Sequence record: PZ509022.1
Reading direction: 5' to 3' (one strand)
Source: a phage
DNA: 64,000 nt
Positions 50,646 to 62,591 of the stretch are shown piece by piece. The notes beneath the pieces were generated by a model. It was not told the origin of the DNA, made no database searches, and saw only the letters and a list, made by a program, of their open reading frames with translations. The position numbers and the translations under genes were made by a program. Numbering within the stretch: position 1 is the first letter of the stretch; every line of letters starts with the position of its first letter.

Positions 50646-51236
50646 ATGCTCTTTACATTTTTTGATCCGATTGAATATGCGGCCAAAACGGTGAATAAAA
50701 ACGCGCCGACTATTCCTATGACAGATATTTTTAGAAACTATAAAGACTATTTTAAACGCGCTCTTGCGGGATACCGCTTACGTACTTACTATATTAAAGG
50801 TTCACCACGCCCGGAAGAATTAGCAAATACTATATATGGAAATCCACAGCTGTATTGGGTTTTATTGATGTGTAATGATAATTATGATCCATATTATGGA
50901 TGGATTACTTCACAAGAAGCAGCTTATCAAGCATCTATACAAAAATACAAAAATGTGGGTGGAGACCAGATAGTATATCATGTGAATGAGAACGGTGAAA
51001 AATTTTATAATTTAATATCATACGATGATAATCCATATGTTTGGTATGATAAAGGTGATAAAGCTAGAAAATATCCTCAATATGAAGGAGCACTTGCTGC
51101 GGTCGATACGTATGAAGCGGCTGTTCTTGAAAATGAAAAACTTCGTCAAATAAAAATAATAGCAAAATCAGACATTAATTCATTTATGAACGACCTTATA
51201 CGTATAATGGAGAAATCTTATGGAAATGATAAGTAA
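50646..51236 (+). CDS. 53: baseplate wedge protein gp53 (196 aa)
   Basis: 196 aa, precedes gp5. Confidence 0.85.
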   Translation: MLFTFFDPIEYAAKTVNKNAPTIPMTDIFRNYKDYFKRALAGYRLRTYYIKGSPRPEELANTIYGNPQLYWVLLMCNDNYDPYYGWITSQEAAYQASIQKYKNVGGDQIVYHVNENGEKFYNLISYDDNPYVWYDKGDKARKYPQYEGALAAVDTYEAAVLENEKLRQIKIIAKSDINSFMNDLIRIMEKSYGNDK

Positions 51237-52947
51237 TAACCTTAATTGGTTTGTTGGTGTTGTTGAAGATAGAATGGACCCATTAAAATTAGGTCGTGTT
51301 CGTGTTCGTGTGGTTGGTTTGCATCCACCTCAAAGAGCACAAGGTGATGTAATGGGTATTCCAACTGAAAAATTACCATGGATGTCAGTTATTCAACCTA
51401 TAACTTCTGCAGCAATGTCAGGAATTGGAGGTTCTGTTACAGGGCCAGTAGAAGGAACTAGAGTTTATGGTCATTTTTTAGACAAATGGAAAACTAACGG
51501 AATTGTCCTTGGCACGTATGGTGGAATAGTTCGCGAAAAACCGAATAGACTTGAAGGATTTTCTGACCCAACTGGGCAGTATCCTAGACGTTTAGGAAAT
51601 GATACGAACGTACTAAACCAAGGCGGAGAAGTAGGATATGATTCGTCTTCTAACATTATCCAAGATAGTAACTTAGACACCGCAATAAATCCCGATGATA
51701 GACCACTATCAGAGATTCCAACCGATGATAATCCAAATATGTCAATGGCTGAAATGCTTCGCCGTGATGAAGGATTAAGACTAAAAGTTTATTGGGATAC
51801 CGAAGGATATCCGACAATTGGTATTGGTCATCTTATCATGAAGCAGCCAGTTCGTGATATGGCTCAAATTAATAAAGTTTTATCAAAACAAGTTGGTCGT
51901 GAAATTACAGGAAATCCAGGTTCTATTACAATGGAAGAAGCGACAGCTTTATTTGAGCGTGATTTGGCTGATATGCAACGTGACATTAAATCACATTCTA
52001 AAGTAGGACCAGTCTGGCAAGCTGTCAACCGTTCTCGTCAAATGGCATTAGAAAATATGGCATTTCAGATGGGTGTTGGCGGTGTAGCTAAATTTAACAC
52101 AATGTTAACTGCTATGTTAGCCGGAGATTGGGAAAAAGCATATAAAGCCGGTCGTGATTCATTGTGGTATCAACAAACAAAAGGCCGTGCATCCCGTGTT
52201 ACCATGATTATTCTTACGGGGAATTTGGAATCATATGGTGTTGAAGTGAAAACTCCAGCTAGGTCTTTATCGGCAATGGCTGTGACTGTAGCTAAATCTT
52301 CTGACCCTGCTGACCCTCCTATTCCAAATGACTCGAGAATTTTATTCAAAGAACCAGTTTCTTCATATAAAGGCGAATATCCTTATGTGCATACAATGGA
52401 AACTGAAAGCGGACATATTCAGGAATTTGACGATACCCCGGGACAAGAACGATACAGATTAGTTCATCCGACTGGAACTTATGAAGAAGTATCACCATCA
52501 GGAAGAAGAACAAGAAAAACTGTTGATAATTTGTATGATATAACAAATGCTGATGGTAATTTTTTGGTAGCCGGTGATAAAAAGACTAACGTCGGTGGAT
52601 CAGAAATTTATTACAACATGGATAATCATCTTCACCAGATAGATGGAAGTAATACAATATTTGTACGTGGCGACGAAACGAAAACTGTTGAAGGTAATGG
52701 AACTATCCTAGTTAAAGGTAATGTTACTATTATAGTTGAAGGTAATGCTGACATTACAGTTAAAGGAGATGCTACCACTTTAGTTGAAGGTAATCAAACT
52801 AATACAGTAAATGGAAATCTTTCTTGGAAAGTTGCTGGGACAGTTGATTGGGACGTTGGTGGCGATTGGACAGAAAAAATGGCATCTATGAGTTCTATTT
52901 CATCTGGTCAATACACAATTGATGGATCGAGGATTGACATTGGCTAA
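51220..52947 (+). CDS. 5: baseplate hub/cell-puncturing protein gp5 with lysozyme domain (575 aa)
   Basis: central lysozyme domain similar to gene e (MLRRDEGLRLKVYWDTEGYPTIGIGHLI), C-terminal VxGxxxxxx beta-helix repeats. Confidence 0.95.
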   Translation: MEMISNNLNWFVGVVEDRMDPLKLGRVRVRVVGLHPPQRAQGDVMGIPTEKLPWMSVIQPITSAAMSGIGGSVTGPVEGTRVYGHFLDKWKTNGIVLGTYGGIVREKPNRLEGFSDPTGQYPRRLGNDTNVLNQGGEVGYDSSSNIIQDSNLDTAINPDDRPLSEIPTDDNPNMSMAEMLRRDEGLRLKVYWDTEGYPTIGIGHLIMKQPVRDMAQINKVLSKQVGREITGNPGSITMEEATALFERDLADMQRDIKSHSKVGPVWQAVNRSRQMALENMAFQMGVGGVAKFNTMLTAMLAGDWEKAYKAGRDSLWYQQTKGRASRVTMIILTGNLESYGVEVKTPARSLSAMAVTVAKSSDPADPPIPNDSRILFKEPVSSYKGEYPYVHTMETESGHIQEFDDTPGQERYRLVHPTGTYEEVSPSGRRTRKTVDNLYDITNADGNFLVAGDKKTNVGGSEIYYNMDNHLHQIDGSNTIFVRGDETKTVEGNGTILVKGNVTIIVEGNADITVKGDATTLVEGNQTNTVNGNLSWKVAGTVDWDVGGDWTEKMASMSSISSGQYTIDGSRIDIG

Positions 52948-52981
52948 TATACTTCCAATGAGCGCTGATTTAGGAGAATCC

Positions 52982-53476
52982 ATGGAAGGTTCTTCTATCG
53001 ACGTCACCTTTACCGCTCAATTAGAAACAGGTGAAACGTTAGTATCTATAAATATAACTAGTTACGAAGAAACTCCTGGGGTTTTAGTAGAAGAAAATCG
53101 TTTATATGGAACGTATGAATCTGTATTTGGATTTGGAAATGATGCGTTGAAATATCGTTTAGATAATGAATTTAAAACTGCTGCTTCATGGGAAGACCTT
53201 CCAACTGATTCTAATACTCAGTTATATTTATGGAAAGCTCCTCAAAACCTCCAGAAGACATTCACTTACGAAGTAACATTAATATATGACTACCAAGAAC
53301 AAGGTGAATCTGGAGGTTCTGGCAGTAATTCTAGGTCATCTTCTGATACTACTGAACCGACGAATCCTCCAGCTCCAATAAGAAAAACTCTTGTTAAAAA
53401 TTATACAAAAACTATAGTTGGAAATTGGAGTCGTTGGGCTAATAAATTGAGAAGCTACGTGTATGAGAGGCCATAA
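52982..53476 (+). CDS. gp5.1-like protein
   Basis: ORF 52919..53476; start chosen at Met with AGGAG 9 nt upstream; start uncertain. Confidence 0.5.
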
Positions 53477-53770
53477 ATGTCAGGATTGAGTTATGATAAG
53501 TGTGTTACTGCCGGCCATGAAGCATGGCCTCCAACAGTTGTGAATGCTACACAAAGTAAAGTATTCACTGGAGGAATTGCTGTTCTCGTAGCAGGCGATC
53601 CAATTACAGAACATACAGAAATTAAAAAGCCATATGAAACACATGGCGGAGTGACACAACCTAGAACTTCTAAGGTATATGTCACTGGAAAGAAAGCTGT
53701 TCAAATGGCTGATCCAATATCATGCGGTGATACTGTGGCTCAGGCATCATCTAAAGTATTCATTAAATAG
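53477..53770 (+). CDS. 5.4: PAAR-repeat spike tip protein gp5.4 (97 aa)
   Basis: 97 aa between gp5 and gp6. Confidence 0.8.
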
Positions 53771-53778
53771 GATTTAAA

Positions 53779-55761
53779 ATGGCAAATACCCCTGTAAATT
53801 ATCAATTAACAAGAACAGCAAATGCTATTCCCGAGATATTCGTCGGGGGTACGTTTGCTGAAATAAAACAAAACCTCATTGAATGGCTTAATGGTCAAAA
53901 TGAATTTTTGGATTATGATTTTGAAGGCTCAAGATTAAACGTTCTGTGTGACCTTTTGGCTTATAATACGCTGTACATTCAACAGTTTGGTAATGCTGCT
54001 GTGTATGAAAGCTTTATGCGTACTGCTAACTTACGAAGTTCAGTTGTTCAAGCTGCACAAGATAACGGATATTTACCTACTTCAAAATCCGCTGCGCAGA
54101 CCGAAATTATGTTAACATGCACAGATGCATTGAATAGAAATTACATTACTATTCCTCGCGGTACTCGCTTTTTAGCATATGCAAAGGATACTTCTGTTAA
54201 TCCTTATAACTTTGTATCTACCGAAGATGTTATTGCTATTCGTGATAAAAATAACCAATATTTTCCGCGTTTAAAATTGGCCCAGGGGCGTATAGTAAGA
54301 ACTGAAATCATTTATGATAAGTTAACACCTATTATCATTTATGATAAAAATATTGATAGAAACCAGGTTAAATTATATGTTGATGGAGCGGAATGGATTA
54401 ACTGGACGAGAAAGTCAATGGTTCATGCTGGTTCAACATCAACGATTTACTATATGCGTGAAACTATTGATGGAAACACTGAATTCTATTTTGGCGAAGG
54501 TGAAATTTCTGTTAATGCTTCTGAAGGAGCTTTGACCGCTAATTATATCGGAGGTCTTAAACCTACCCAGAACTCTACGATTGTTATTGAGTACATCAGT
54601 ACTAACGGTGCAGATGCGAATGGCGCAGTCGGATTTTCATATGCAGATACATTAACAAATATAACTGTCATCAATATTAATGAAAATCCAAACGACGACC
54701 CAGATTTTGTCGGAGCAGATGGCGGCGGTGATCCAGAAGATATTGAGCGTATTCGCGAATTGGGTACTATTAAACGCGAAACTCAGCAACGATGCGTAAC
54801 TGCGACTGACTACGATACATTCGTTTCAGAGAGATTTGGTTCTATTATTCAAGCTGTTCAAACTTTCACTGATTCTACTAAACCTGGGTATGCATTTATT
54901 GCTGCTAAACCTAAATCAGGACTGTATTTAACTACTGTACAACGTGAAGATATTAAAAATTATCTCAAAGACTATAATTTAGCTCCTATTACGCCATCAA
55001 TTATTTCTCCTAATTATCTTTTTATTAAGACTAATTTAAAAGTCGCATATGCTTTAAATAAGCTGCAAGAATCCGAACAGTGGCTCGAAGGTCAAATAAT
55101 TGATAAAATTGATCGCTATTATACCGAAGATGTAGAAATTTTTAACTCGTCTTTCGCTAAATCTAAGATGTTAACTTATGTAGATGATGCAGATCATTCT
55201 GTCATTGGTTCATCAGCGACTATTCAAATGGTTCGTGAAGTACAAAACTTCTATAAAACACCTGAAGCAGGTATTAAATACAATAATCAAATAAAAGATC
55301 GTTCTATGGAATCTAATACGTTTTCATTTAATTCTGGACGAAAGGTTGTAAATCCTGATACTGGTTTAGAAGAAGATGTATTATATGATGTTCGTATAGT
55401 ATCAACAGACCGAGATTCTAAAGGAATTGGTAAAGTTATTATTGGTCCATTTGCTTCTGGCGATGTTACAGAAAATGAAAACATTCAGCCATATACAGGC
55501 AATGATTTTAATAAATTAGCAAATTCTGATGGACGCGACAAATACTATGTTATCGGTGAAATAAATTATCCGGCTGACATGATTTATTGGAATATCGCTA
55601 AAATTAATTTAACATCTGAAAAATTTGAGGTTCAGACTATTGAATTATATTCTGACCCAACCGATGATGTTATCTTTACCCGTGATGGTTCACTGATTGT
55701 ATTTGAAAATGATTTACGTCCGCAATACTTAACTATCGATTTGGAGCCTATATCACAATGA
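53779..55761 (+). CDS. 6: baseplate wedge protein gp6 (660 aa)
   Basis: 660 aa, synteny. Confidence 0.92.
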   Translation: MANTPVNYQLTRTANAIPEIFVGGTFAEIKQNLIEWLNGQNEFLDYDFEGSRLNVLCDLLAYNTLYIQQFGNAAVYESFMRTANLRSSVVQAAQDNGYLPTSKSAAQTEIMLTCTDALNRNYITIPRGTRFLAYAKDTSVNPYNFVSTEDVIAIRDKNNQYFPRLKLAQGRIVRTEIIYDKLTPIIIYDKNIDRNQVKLYVDGAEWINWTRKSMVHAGSTSTIYYMRETIDGNTEFYFGEGEISVNASEGALTANYIGGLKPTQNSTIVIEYISTNGADANGAVGFSYADTLTNITVININENPNDDPDFVGADGGGDPEDIERIRELGTIKRETQQRCVTATDYDTFVSERFGSIIQAVQTFTDSTKPGYAFIAAKPKSGLYLTTVQREDIKNYLKDYNLAPITPSIISPNYLFIKTNLKVAYALNKLQESEQWLEGQIIDKIDRYYTEDVEIFNSSFAKSKMLTYVDDADHSVIGSSATIQMVREVQNFYKTPEAGIKYNNQIKDRSMESNTFSFNSGRKVVNPDTGLEEDVLYDVRIVSTDRDSKGIGKVIIGPFASGDVTENENIQPYTGNDFNKLANSDGRDKYYVIGEINYPADMIYWNIAKINLTSEKFEVQTIELYSDPTDDVIFTRDGSLIVFENDLRPQYLTIDLEPISQ

Positions 55762-58700
55762 CAGTAAAAGCACCTTCAGTCACTAGTCTCAGAATTTCCA
55801 AGTTATCCGCAAATCAGGTGCAAGTACGCTGGGATGACGTTGGTGCTAATTTCTACTATTTTGTAGAAATCGCTGAGACAAAAACAGACTCGGGGGAAAA
55901 TCTCCCGAGTGATCAATATCGTTGGATTAATTTAGGATATACAGCAAACAATAGTTTCTTTTTTGATGATGCTGATCCACTAACATCATACATCATTAGA
56001 GTAGCTACAGCTGCACAAGATTTTGAGCAATCTGATTGGGTTTATACGGAAGAGTTTGAAACTTTTGCTACGAATGCTTACACATTTCAAAACATGATTG
56101 AAATGCAATTAGCCAATAAATTCATTCAGGAAAAATTTACTCTTAACAATTCTAATTATGTCAATTTTAATAATGACACTATAATGGCTGCATTGATGAA
56201 TGAATCGTTCCAATTCAGCCCATCATATGTTGATGTTTCATCAATCAGTAATTTTATTATTGGTGAAAATGAGTATCATGAAATACAAGGTTCCATTCAG
56301 CAAGTATGTAAGGATATTAACCGAGTTTATTTGATGGAATCAGAAGGGATTCTATATCTTTTTGAGCGTTATCAACCCGTGGTTAAAGTATCTAATGATA
56401 AAGGACAAACCTGGAAAGCTGTGAAGCTCTTCAATGACCGTGTAGGATATCCTTTATCTAAGACAGTATATTACCAATCTGCGAACACAACATACGTTCT
56501 AGGATACGACAAGATTTTCTATGGCCGTAAATCGACTGACGTTAGATGGTCAGCAGATGATGTCAGATTCAGTTCGCAGGATATAACATTTGCTAAACTT
56601 GGCGACCAGTTACATTTAGGATTTGATGTAGAAATCTTTGGTACTTATGCGACTTTACCAGCGAATGTATATCGTATAGCTGAAGCCATTACTTGTACGG
56701 ATGATTATATCTATGTTGTTGCCAGAGATAAAGTTAGATATATAAAAACGAGTAATGCACCTATAGATTCTGACCCGTTATCACCAACATACTCGGAAAG
56801 ACTTTTTGAACCTGATACAATGACTATAACTGGAAATCCTAAAGCAGTATGCTATAAAATGGATTCTATCGGTGATAAAGTTTTTGCTCTTATTATTGGT
56901 GAAGTTGAAACATTAAATGCCAATCCGAGAACTTCAAAAATAATTGATTCTGCTGATAAAGGAATATATGTTTTAAATCATGACGAAAAAACATGGAAAA
57001 GAGTTTTCGGTAATACCGAAGAAGAAAGAAGACGTATTCAACCTGGATACGCAAACATGTCAACTGACGGTAAATTAGTTTCTCTGTCTTCGAGTAATTT
57101 TAAATTTTTAAATGATAACGTTGTTAATGACCCTGAAACTGTAGCAAAATATCAGTTAATCGGTGCCGTTAAATATGAATTTCCTCGTGAATGGTTAGCT
57201 GATAAGCATTATCATATGATGGCATTTATAGCAGATGAAAAGTCTGATTGGGAAACTTTTACGCCTCAGCCAATGAAATACTATGCAGAACCATTCTTTA
57301 ACTGGTCTAAAAAGTCTAATACACGGTGCTGGATAAACAACTCTAATAGGGCTGTGGTAGTTTATGCAGATTTAAAATATACTAAAGTTATTGAAAATTT
57401 TCCAGAAACATCGCCAGATAGATTAGTTCATGAATACTGGGATGACGGCGATTGCACTATAGTAATGCCAAACGTTAAATTCACGGGATTTAAAAAATAT
57501 GCGTCTGGGATGCTTTTTTATAAATCCTCTGGTGAAATAATTTCTTATTACGATTTTAACTATCGAGTGAGAGACACGGTTGAAATAATTTGGAAGCCAA
57601 CTGGAATATTTTTAAAAGCATTTTTACAAAACCAAGAGCATGAAACTCCTTGGGCACCAGAAGAAGAGCACGGATTAGCTGACCCTGATTTAAGACCATT
57701 GATTGGCACAATGATGCCTGATTCTTATTTACTACAAGATTCGAATTTTGAGGCATTTTGCGAAGCATATATTCAATATCTTTCTGATGGATATGGAACT
57801 CAGTATAACAATTTACGAAATTTAATTCGTAACAAATATCCACGAGAAGAGCATGCATGGGAATATTTGTGGTCAGAGATATATAAAAGAAACATTTATT
57901 TAAATGCTGACAAACGTGATGCTGTTGCAAGATTTTTTGAATCACGTAGCTATGATTTTTATTCTACTAAAGGAATTGAAGCATCATACAAATTTCTTTT
58001 TAAAGTTCTTTATAATGAAGAAGTTGAAATTGAAATTGAATCTGGTGCTGGTACTGAATACGATATAATCGTTCAATCTGATTCTTTAACTGAAGATTTG
58101 GTAGGACAAACGATTTATACATCTACAGGAAGATGTAATGTTACTTATATAGAAAGAAGTTATTCTAATGGTAAATTGCAATGGACCGTAACTATTCATA
58201 ATCTTTTGGGAAGATTAATTGCTGGTCAAGAAGTTAAAGCAGAAAGACTTCCGAGTTTTGAAGGCGAAATTATTCGTGGTGTTAAAGGAAAGGATTTGCT
58301 TCAAAATAATATAGACTATATTAATAGAAGCCGATCATATTATGTAATGAAAATTAAATCCAATTTACCTTCTTCTCGCTGGAAATCTGACGTTATTCGT
58401 TTTGTTCATCCAGTAGGATTTGGATTTATAGCAATTACCCTTTTAACGATGTTTATTAATGTTGGTTTAACTCTTAAACACACAGAGACTATAATTAATA
58501 AATACAAAAACTACAAATGGGATTCTGGATTGCCTACTGAATATGCTGATAGAGTAGCTAAATTAACTCCAACTGGCGAAATTGAACATGATTCAGTGAC
58601 AGGAGAAGCAATTTATGAACCTGGCCCAATGGCTGGTGTAAAATATCCTCTTCCTGATGACTATAATGCTGAAAATAGTAATTCAATATTTCAAGGTCAA

Positions 58701-58856
58701 TTGCCTTCTGAACGACGCAAGTTAATGAGTCCTCTATTTGACGCATCTGGAACAACATTTGCACAGTTTAGGGATTTAGTTAATAAACGTCTAAAAGATA
58801 ATATAGGAAATCCAAGAGACCCTGAAAATCCAACACAGGTTAAAATAGATGAATGA
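55758..58856 (+). CDS. 7: baseplate wedge protein gp7 (1032 aa)
   Basis: 1032 aa, synteny. Confidence 0.92.
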   Translation: MTVKAPSVTSLRISKLSANQVQVRWDDVGANFYYFVEIAETKTDSGENLPSDQYRWINLGYTANNSFFFDDADPLTSYIIRVATAAQDFEQSDWVYTEEFETFATNAYTFQNMIEMQLANKFIQEKFTLNNSNYVNFNNDTIMAALMNESFQFSPSYVDVSSISNFIIGENEYHEIQGSIQQVCKDINRVYLMESEGILYLFERYQPVVKVSNDKGQTWKAVKLFNDRVGYPLSKTVYYQSANTTYVLGYDKIFYGRKSTDVRWSADDVRFSSQDITFAKLGDQLHLGFDVEIFGTYATLPANVYRIAEAITCTDDYIYVVARDKVRYIKTSNAPIDSDPLSPTYSERLFEPDTMTITGNPKAVCYKMDSIGDKVFALIIGEVETLNANPRTSKIIDSADKGIYVLNHDEKTWKRVFGNTEEERRRIQPGYANMSTDGKLVSLSSSNFKFLNDNVVNDPETVAKYQLIGAVKYEFPREWLADKHYHMMAFIADEKSDWETFTPQPMKYYAEPFFNWSKKSNTRCWINNSNRAVVVYADLKYTKVIENFPETSPDRLVHEYWDDGDCTIVMPNVKFTGFKKYASGMLFYKSSGEIISYYDFNYRVRDTVEIIWKPTGIFLKAFLQNQEHETPWAPEEEHGLADPDLRPLIGTMMPDSYLLQDSNFEAFCEAYIQYLSDGYGTQYNNLRNLIRNKYPREEHAWEYLWSEIYKRNIYLNADKRDAVARFFESRSYDFYSTKGIEASYKFLFKVLYNEEVEIEIESGAGTEYDIIVQSDSLTEDLVGQTIYTSTGRCNVTYIERSYSNGKLQWTVTIHNLLGRLIAGQEVKAERLPSFEGEIIRGVKGKDLLQNNIDYINRSRSYYVMKIKSNLPSSRWKSDVIRFVHPVGFGFIAITLLTMFINVGLTLKHTETIINKYKNYKWDSGLPTEYADRVAKLTPTGEIEHDSVTGEAIYEPGPMAGVKYPLPDDYNAENSNSIFQGQLPSERRKLMSPLFDASGTTFAQFRDLVNKRLKDNIGNPRDPENPTQVKIDE

Positions 58857-59853
58857 TTCAAGTGTTATCTATCGTGCGATAGTTACTTCAAAATTTAGAA
58901 CAGAAAAAATGTTGAATTTTTATAATTCAATTGGGAGTGGTCCGGATAAAAACACTATCTTTATCACATTTGGAAGATCAGAACCGTGGTCATCAAATGA
59001 AAATGAGGTGGGCTTTGCTCCACCTTATCCAACTGATTCTGTATTGGGTGTAACTGACATGTGGACTCATATGATGGGAACCGTAAAGGTTCTTCCATCT
59101 ATGCTTGATGCAGTTATTCCTCGCAGAGATTGGGGAGATACTAGATATCCGGATCCATACACATTTAGAATTAACGATATTGTAGTGTGTAACTCAGCTC
59201 CTTACAATGCTACTGAATCAGGCGCAGGATGGCTAGTATATCGTTGTTTAGATGTTCCTGACACAGGAACATGCTCAATAACATCTTTGACTGACAAGGA
59301 TGAATGTATTAAGTTAGGTGGAAAATGGACTCCTTCTGCTAGGTCAATGACTCCTCCTGAAGGTCGAGGAGATGCTGAAGGAACAATTGAACCTGGGGAC
59401 GGGTATGTGTGGGAATATCTATTTGAGATTCCGCCTGATGTATCTATAAATAGATGCACGAATGAATATATCGTGGTTCCTTGGCCTGAGGAATTAAAAG
59501 AAGACCCGACTAGATGGGGGTATGAAGATAATCTCACTTGGCAGCAAGATGATTTTGGATTAATTTACCGTGTTAAGGCAAATACTATCCGTTTTAAAGC
59601 ATATTTAGATTCAGTTTATTTTCCTGAAGCTGCATTGCCAGGAAATAAAGGATTTAGACAAATATCAATAATCACGAATCCTCTTGAAGCTAAAGCTCAT
59701 CCAAATGACCCAAACGTTAAAGCTGAAAAGGATTATTATGATCCGGAAGATTTAATGAGGCATTCGGGCGAAATGATTTATATGGAAAATAGGCCACCTA
59801 TTATTATGGCAATGGATCAGACAGAAGAAATCAATATTCTGTTTACATTTTAA
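58849..59853 (+). CDS. 8: baseplate wedge protein gp8 (334 aa)
   Basis: 334 aa, synteny. Confidence 0.92.
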   Translation: MNDSSVIYRAIVTSKFRTEKMLNFYNSIGSGPDKNTIFITFGRSEPWSSNENEVGFAPPYPTDSVLGVTDMWTHMMGTVKVLPSMLDAVIPRRDWGDTRYPDPYTFRINDIVVCNSAPYNATESGAGWLVYRCLDVPDTGTCSITSLTDKDECIKLGGKWTPSARSMTPPEGRGDAEGTIEPGDGYVWEYLFEIPPDVSINRCTNEYIVVPWPEELKEDPTRWGYEDNLTWQQDDFGLIYRVKANTIRFKAYLDSVYFPEAALPGNKGFRQISIITNPLEAKAHPNDPNVKAEKDYYDPEDLMRHSGEMIYMENRPPIIMAMDQTEEINILFTF

Positions 59854-59857
59854 ATTA

Positions 59858-59886
59858 AGGGAGCCCATGGGCTCCCTTTTTCTTTA
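59858..59886 (+). terminator. rho-independent terminator after gene 8
   Basis: gggagccc-atg-ggctccc followed by TTTTTCTTT. Confidence 0.7.
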
Positions 59887-59892
59887 TAAATA
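59885..59892 (+). promoter_or_regulatory. late promoter TATAAATA upstream of gene 9
   Basis: exact TATAAATA 25 nt before the gp9 ATG. Confidence 0.65.
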
Positions 59893-59916
59893 CTATAAAC
59901 TCATAAGGAAACCGCT

Positions 59917-60783
59917 ATGTTCATTCAAGAACCAAAGAAATTGATTGATACCGGCGAAATTGGTAACGCTTCTACTGGTGATATCTTATTCGACGGTGGT
60001 AATAAAATTAATAGTGATTTTAACGCAATTTATAATGCGTTTGGCGATCAGCGCAAAATGGCAGTAGCAAATGGCACTGGAGCAGATGGTCAAATTATCC
60101 ATGCTACTGGGTATTATCAAAAACACTCTATTACAGAGTACGCAACTCCAGTGAAAGTTGGCACTAGACATGATATTGATACCTCTACTGTAGGTGTTAA
60201 AGTTATTATTGAAAGAGGCGAACTCGGCGATTGTGTTGAATTCATTAACTCTAATGGATCAATATCAGTTACTAATCCTTTAACAATTCAAGCTATTGAT
60301 TCAATTAAAGGTGTTTCAGGTAATTTAGTAGTAACTAGCCCATATAGTAAAGTAACTTTACGCTGTATTTCATCTGATAATTCTACATCGGTTTGGAATT
60401 ATTCTATTGAAAGTATGTTTGGACAAAAGGAATCACCAGCTGAAGGTACATGGAATATTTCTACATCCGGATCAGTTGATATTCCACTATTTCATCGCAC
60501 TGAATACAATATGGCTAAATTGTTAGTTACGTGCCAATCGGTAGATGGAAGAAAAATTAAAACAGCAGAAATAAATATTCTTGTGGATAATGTTAATTCA
60601 GAGGTCATTTCTTCTGAATATGCTGTCATGCGAGTTGGGAATGAAACTGAAGAAGACGAAATCGCTAATATTGCATTTAGTATTAAAACAAATTATGTAA
60701 CAGCGACTATAAGTTCTTCAACTGTCGGTATGAGAGCAGCAGTTAAAGTTATCGCTACGCAGAAAATCGGGGTGGCTCAATAA
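59917..60783 (+). CDS. 9: baseplate protein gp9, long tail fibre socket (288 aa)
   Basis: 288 aa, synteny. Confidence 0.9.
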   Translation: MFIQEPKKLIDTGEIGNASTGDILFDGGNKINSDFNAIYNAFGDQRKMAVANGTGADGQIIHATGYYQKHSITEYATPVKVGTRHDIDTSTVGVKVIIERGELGDCVEFINSNGSISVTNPLTIQAIDSIKGVSGNLVVTSPYSKVTLRCISSDNSTSVWNYSIESMFGQKESPAEGTWNISTSGSVDIPLFHRTEYNMAKLLVTCQSVDGRKIKTAEINILVDNVNSEVISSEYAVMRVGNETEEDEIANIAFSIKTNYVTATISSSTVGMRAAVKVIATQKIGVAQ

Positions 60784-62591
60784 TGAAACAAAATATTAAT
60801 ATCGGTAATGTTGTTGATGATGGTACCGGTGACTACCTGCGTAAAGGTGGTATAAAAATAAATGAAAACTTTGATGAACTTTATTATGAACTTGGCGATG
60901 GAGATGTTCCATATTCAGCCGGTGCCTGGAAAACTTATAATGCTTCATCCGGTCAAACATTAAAAGCTAAGTGGGGAAAATCATACGCTATTAATACCTC
61001 TTCTGGAAGAGTAACTTTACAACTTCCTAAAGGAACTGTTAATGATTATAATAAAGTAATTAGAGCTAGGGATGTATTTGCAACATGGAACATTAATCCA
61101 GTTACTTTAGTAGCTGCTTCTGGGGATACAATTAAAGGGTCGTCATCGTCAGTTGAAATTAATATTCAATTTAGTGATTTAGAGCTCGTTTATTGCGCTC
61201 CAGGACGTTGGGAGTATGTCAAAAACAAACAAATTGATAAAATTATTAGTTCAGATATTAGTAATGTAGCTCGCAAAGAATTTTTAGTAGAAGTTCAAGG
61301 ACAAACTGACTTTTTAGATGTTTTCCATGGAACTAGTTATAATGTCAATAACATCAGAGTAAAACACCGCGGTAACGAATTATATTACGGCGATGTATTT
61401 AGTGAAAACAGTGACTTTGGCTCTCCGGGCGAAAATGAAGGAGAACTAGTTCCTCTTGATGGATTTAATATTCGATTAAGACAGCCTTGTAATATTGGCG
61501 ACACTGTTCAAATTGAAACGTTTATGGATGGTGTATCACAATGGAGAAGTTCATATACAAGACGTCAAATTAGATTGTTAGATTCAAAATTAACGTCAAA
61601 AACTTCTTTAGAAGGAAGCATTTACGTTACTGATTTATCAACAATGAAATCAATTCCATTTTCTGCTTTTGGATTAATTCCAGGAGAACCTATTAATCCT
61701 AACTCTCTTGAGGTTCGTTTTAATGGAATTTTGCAGGAATTAGCTGGCACAGTTGGAATGCCATTATTTCATTGTGTTGGTGCCGATTCAGACGATGAAG
61801 TAGAATGCTCTGTTTTAGGTGGAACTTGGGAACAATCTCATACCGATTATTCAGTTGAAACTGATGAAAACGGCATACCTGAAATTTTACATTTCGATAG
61901 AGTATTTGAGCATGGTGACATTATCAATATCACCTGGTTTAATAATGATTTGGGTACATTATTAACAAAAGACGAGATTATTGATGAAACTGATAATCTT
62001 TATGTATCGCAAGGACCAGGGGTAGATATTTCCGGTGATGTAAATTTAACAGACTTCGATAAAATTGGTTGGCCAAATGTAGAAGCAGTTCAATCTTATC
62101 AACGCGAATTTAATGCTGTTTCAAATATCTTTGATACGATTTATCCTATTGGAACTATATATGAAAACGCTGTTAATCCAAACAACCCTGTTACATATAT
62201 GGGATTTGGCTCATGGAAATTATTTGGGCAAGGAAAAGTTTTAGTTGGATGGAATGAAGATATTTCGGATCCGAATTTTGCTCTAAATAACAACGATTTA
62301 GATTCTGGCGGAAATCCTTCGCATACTGCAGGTGGAACAGGTGGTTCTACTTCTGTTACATTGGAAAATGCTAATCTTCCTGCAACTGAAACAGATGAAG
62401 AAGTTCTAATAGTTGATGAAAATGGATCAGTCATTGTTGGTGGGTGTCAATACGATCCAGATGAATCCGGTCCAATTTACACTAAATACCGTGAAGCTAA
62501 AGCATCTACTAACTCTACTCACACTCCGCCAACATCAATAACTAACATTCAACCGTATATTACAGTTTATCGTTGGATAAGGATTGCATAA
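60783..62591 (+). CDS. 10: baseplate protein gp10 (602 aa)
   Basis: 602 aa, synteny. Confidence 0.92.
   Translation: MKQNINIGNVVDDGTGDYLRKGGIKINENFDELYYELGDGDVPYSAGAWKTYNASSGQTLKAKWGKSYAINTSSGRVTLQLPKGTVNDYNKVIRARDVFATWNINPVTLVAASGDTIKGSSSSVEINIQFSDLELVYCAPGRWEYVKNKQIDKIISSDISNVARKEFLVEVQGQTDFLDVFHGTSYNVNNIRVKHRGNELYYGDVFSENSDFGSPGENEGELVPLDGFNIRLRQPCNIGDTVQIETFMDGVSQWRSSYTRRQIRLLDSKLTSKTSLEGSIYVTDLSTMKSIPFSAFGLIPGEPINPNSLEVRFNGILQELAGTVGMPLFHCVGADSDDEVECSVLGGTWEQSHTDYSVETDENGIPEILHFDRVFEHGDIINITWFNNDLGTLLTKDEIIDETDNLYVSQGPGVDISGDVNLTDFDKIGWPNVEAVQSYQREFNAVSNIFDTIYPIGTIYENAVNPNNPVTYMGFGSWKLFGQGKVLVGWNEDISDPNFALNNNDLDSGGNPSHTAGGTGGSTSVTLENANLPATETDEEVLIVDENGSVIVGGCQYDPDESGPIYTKYREAKASTNSTHTPPTSITNIQPYITVYRWIRIA

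Noticed and set aside
53480-53704. Minus-strand ORFs inside gp5.4
   Set aside because: Antisense to a conserved late gene in a uniformly plus-strand late operon
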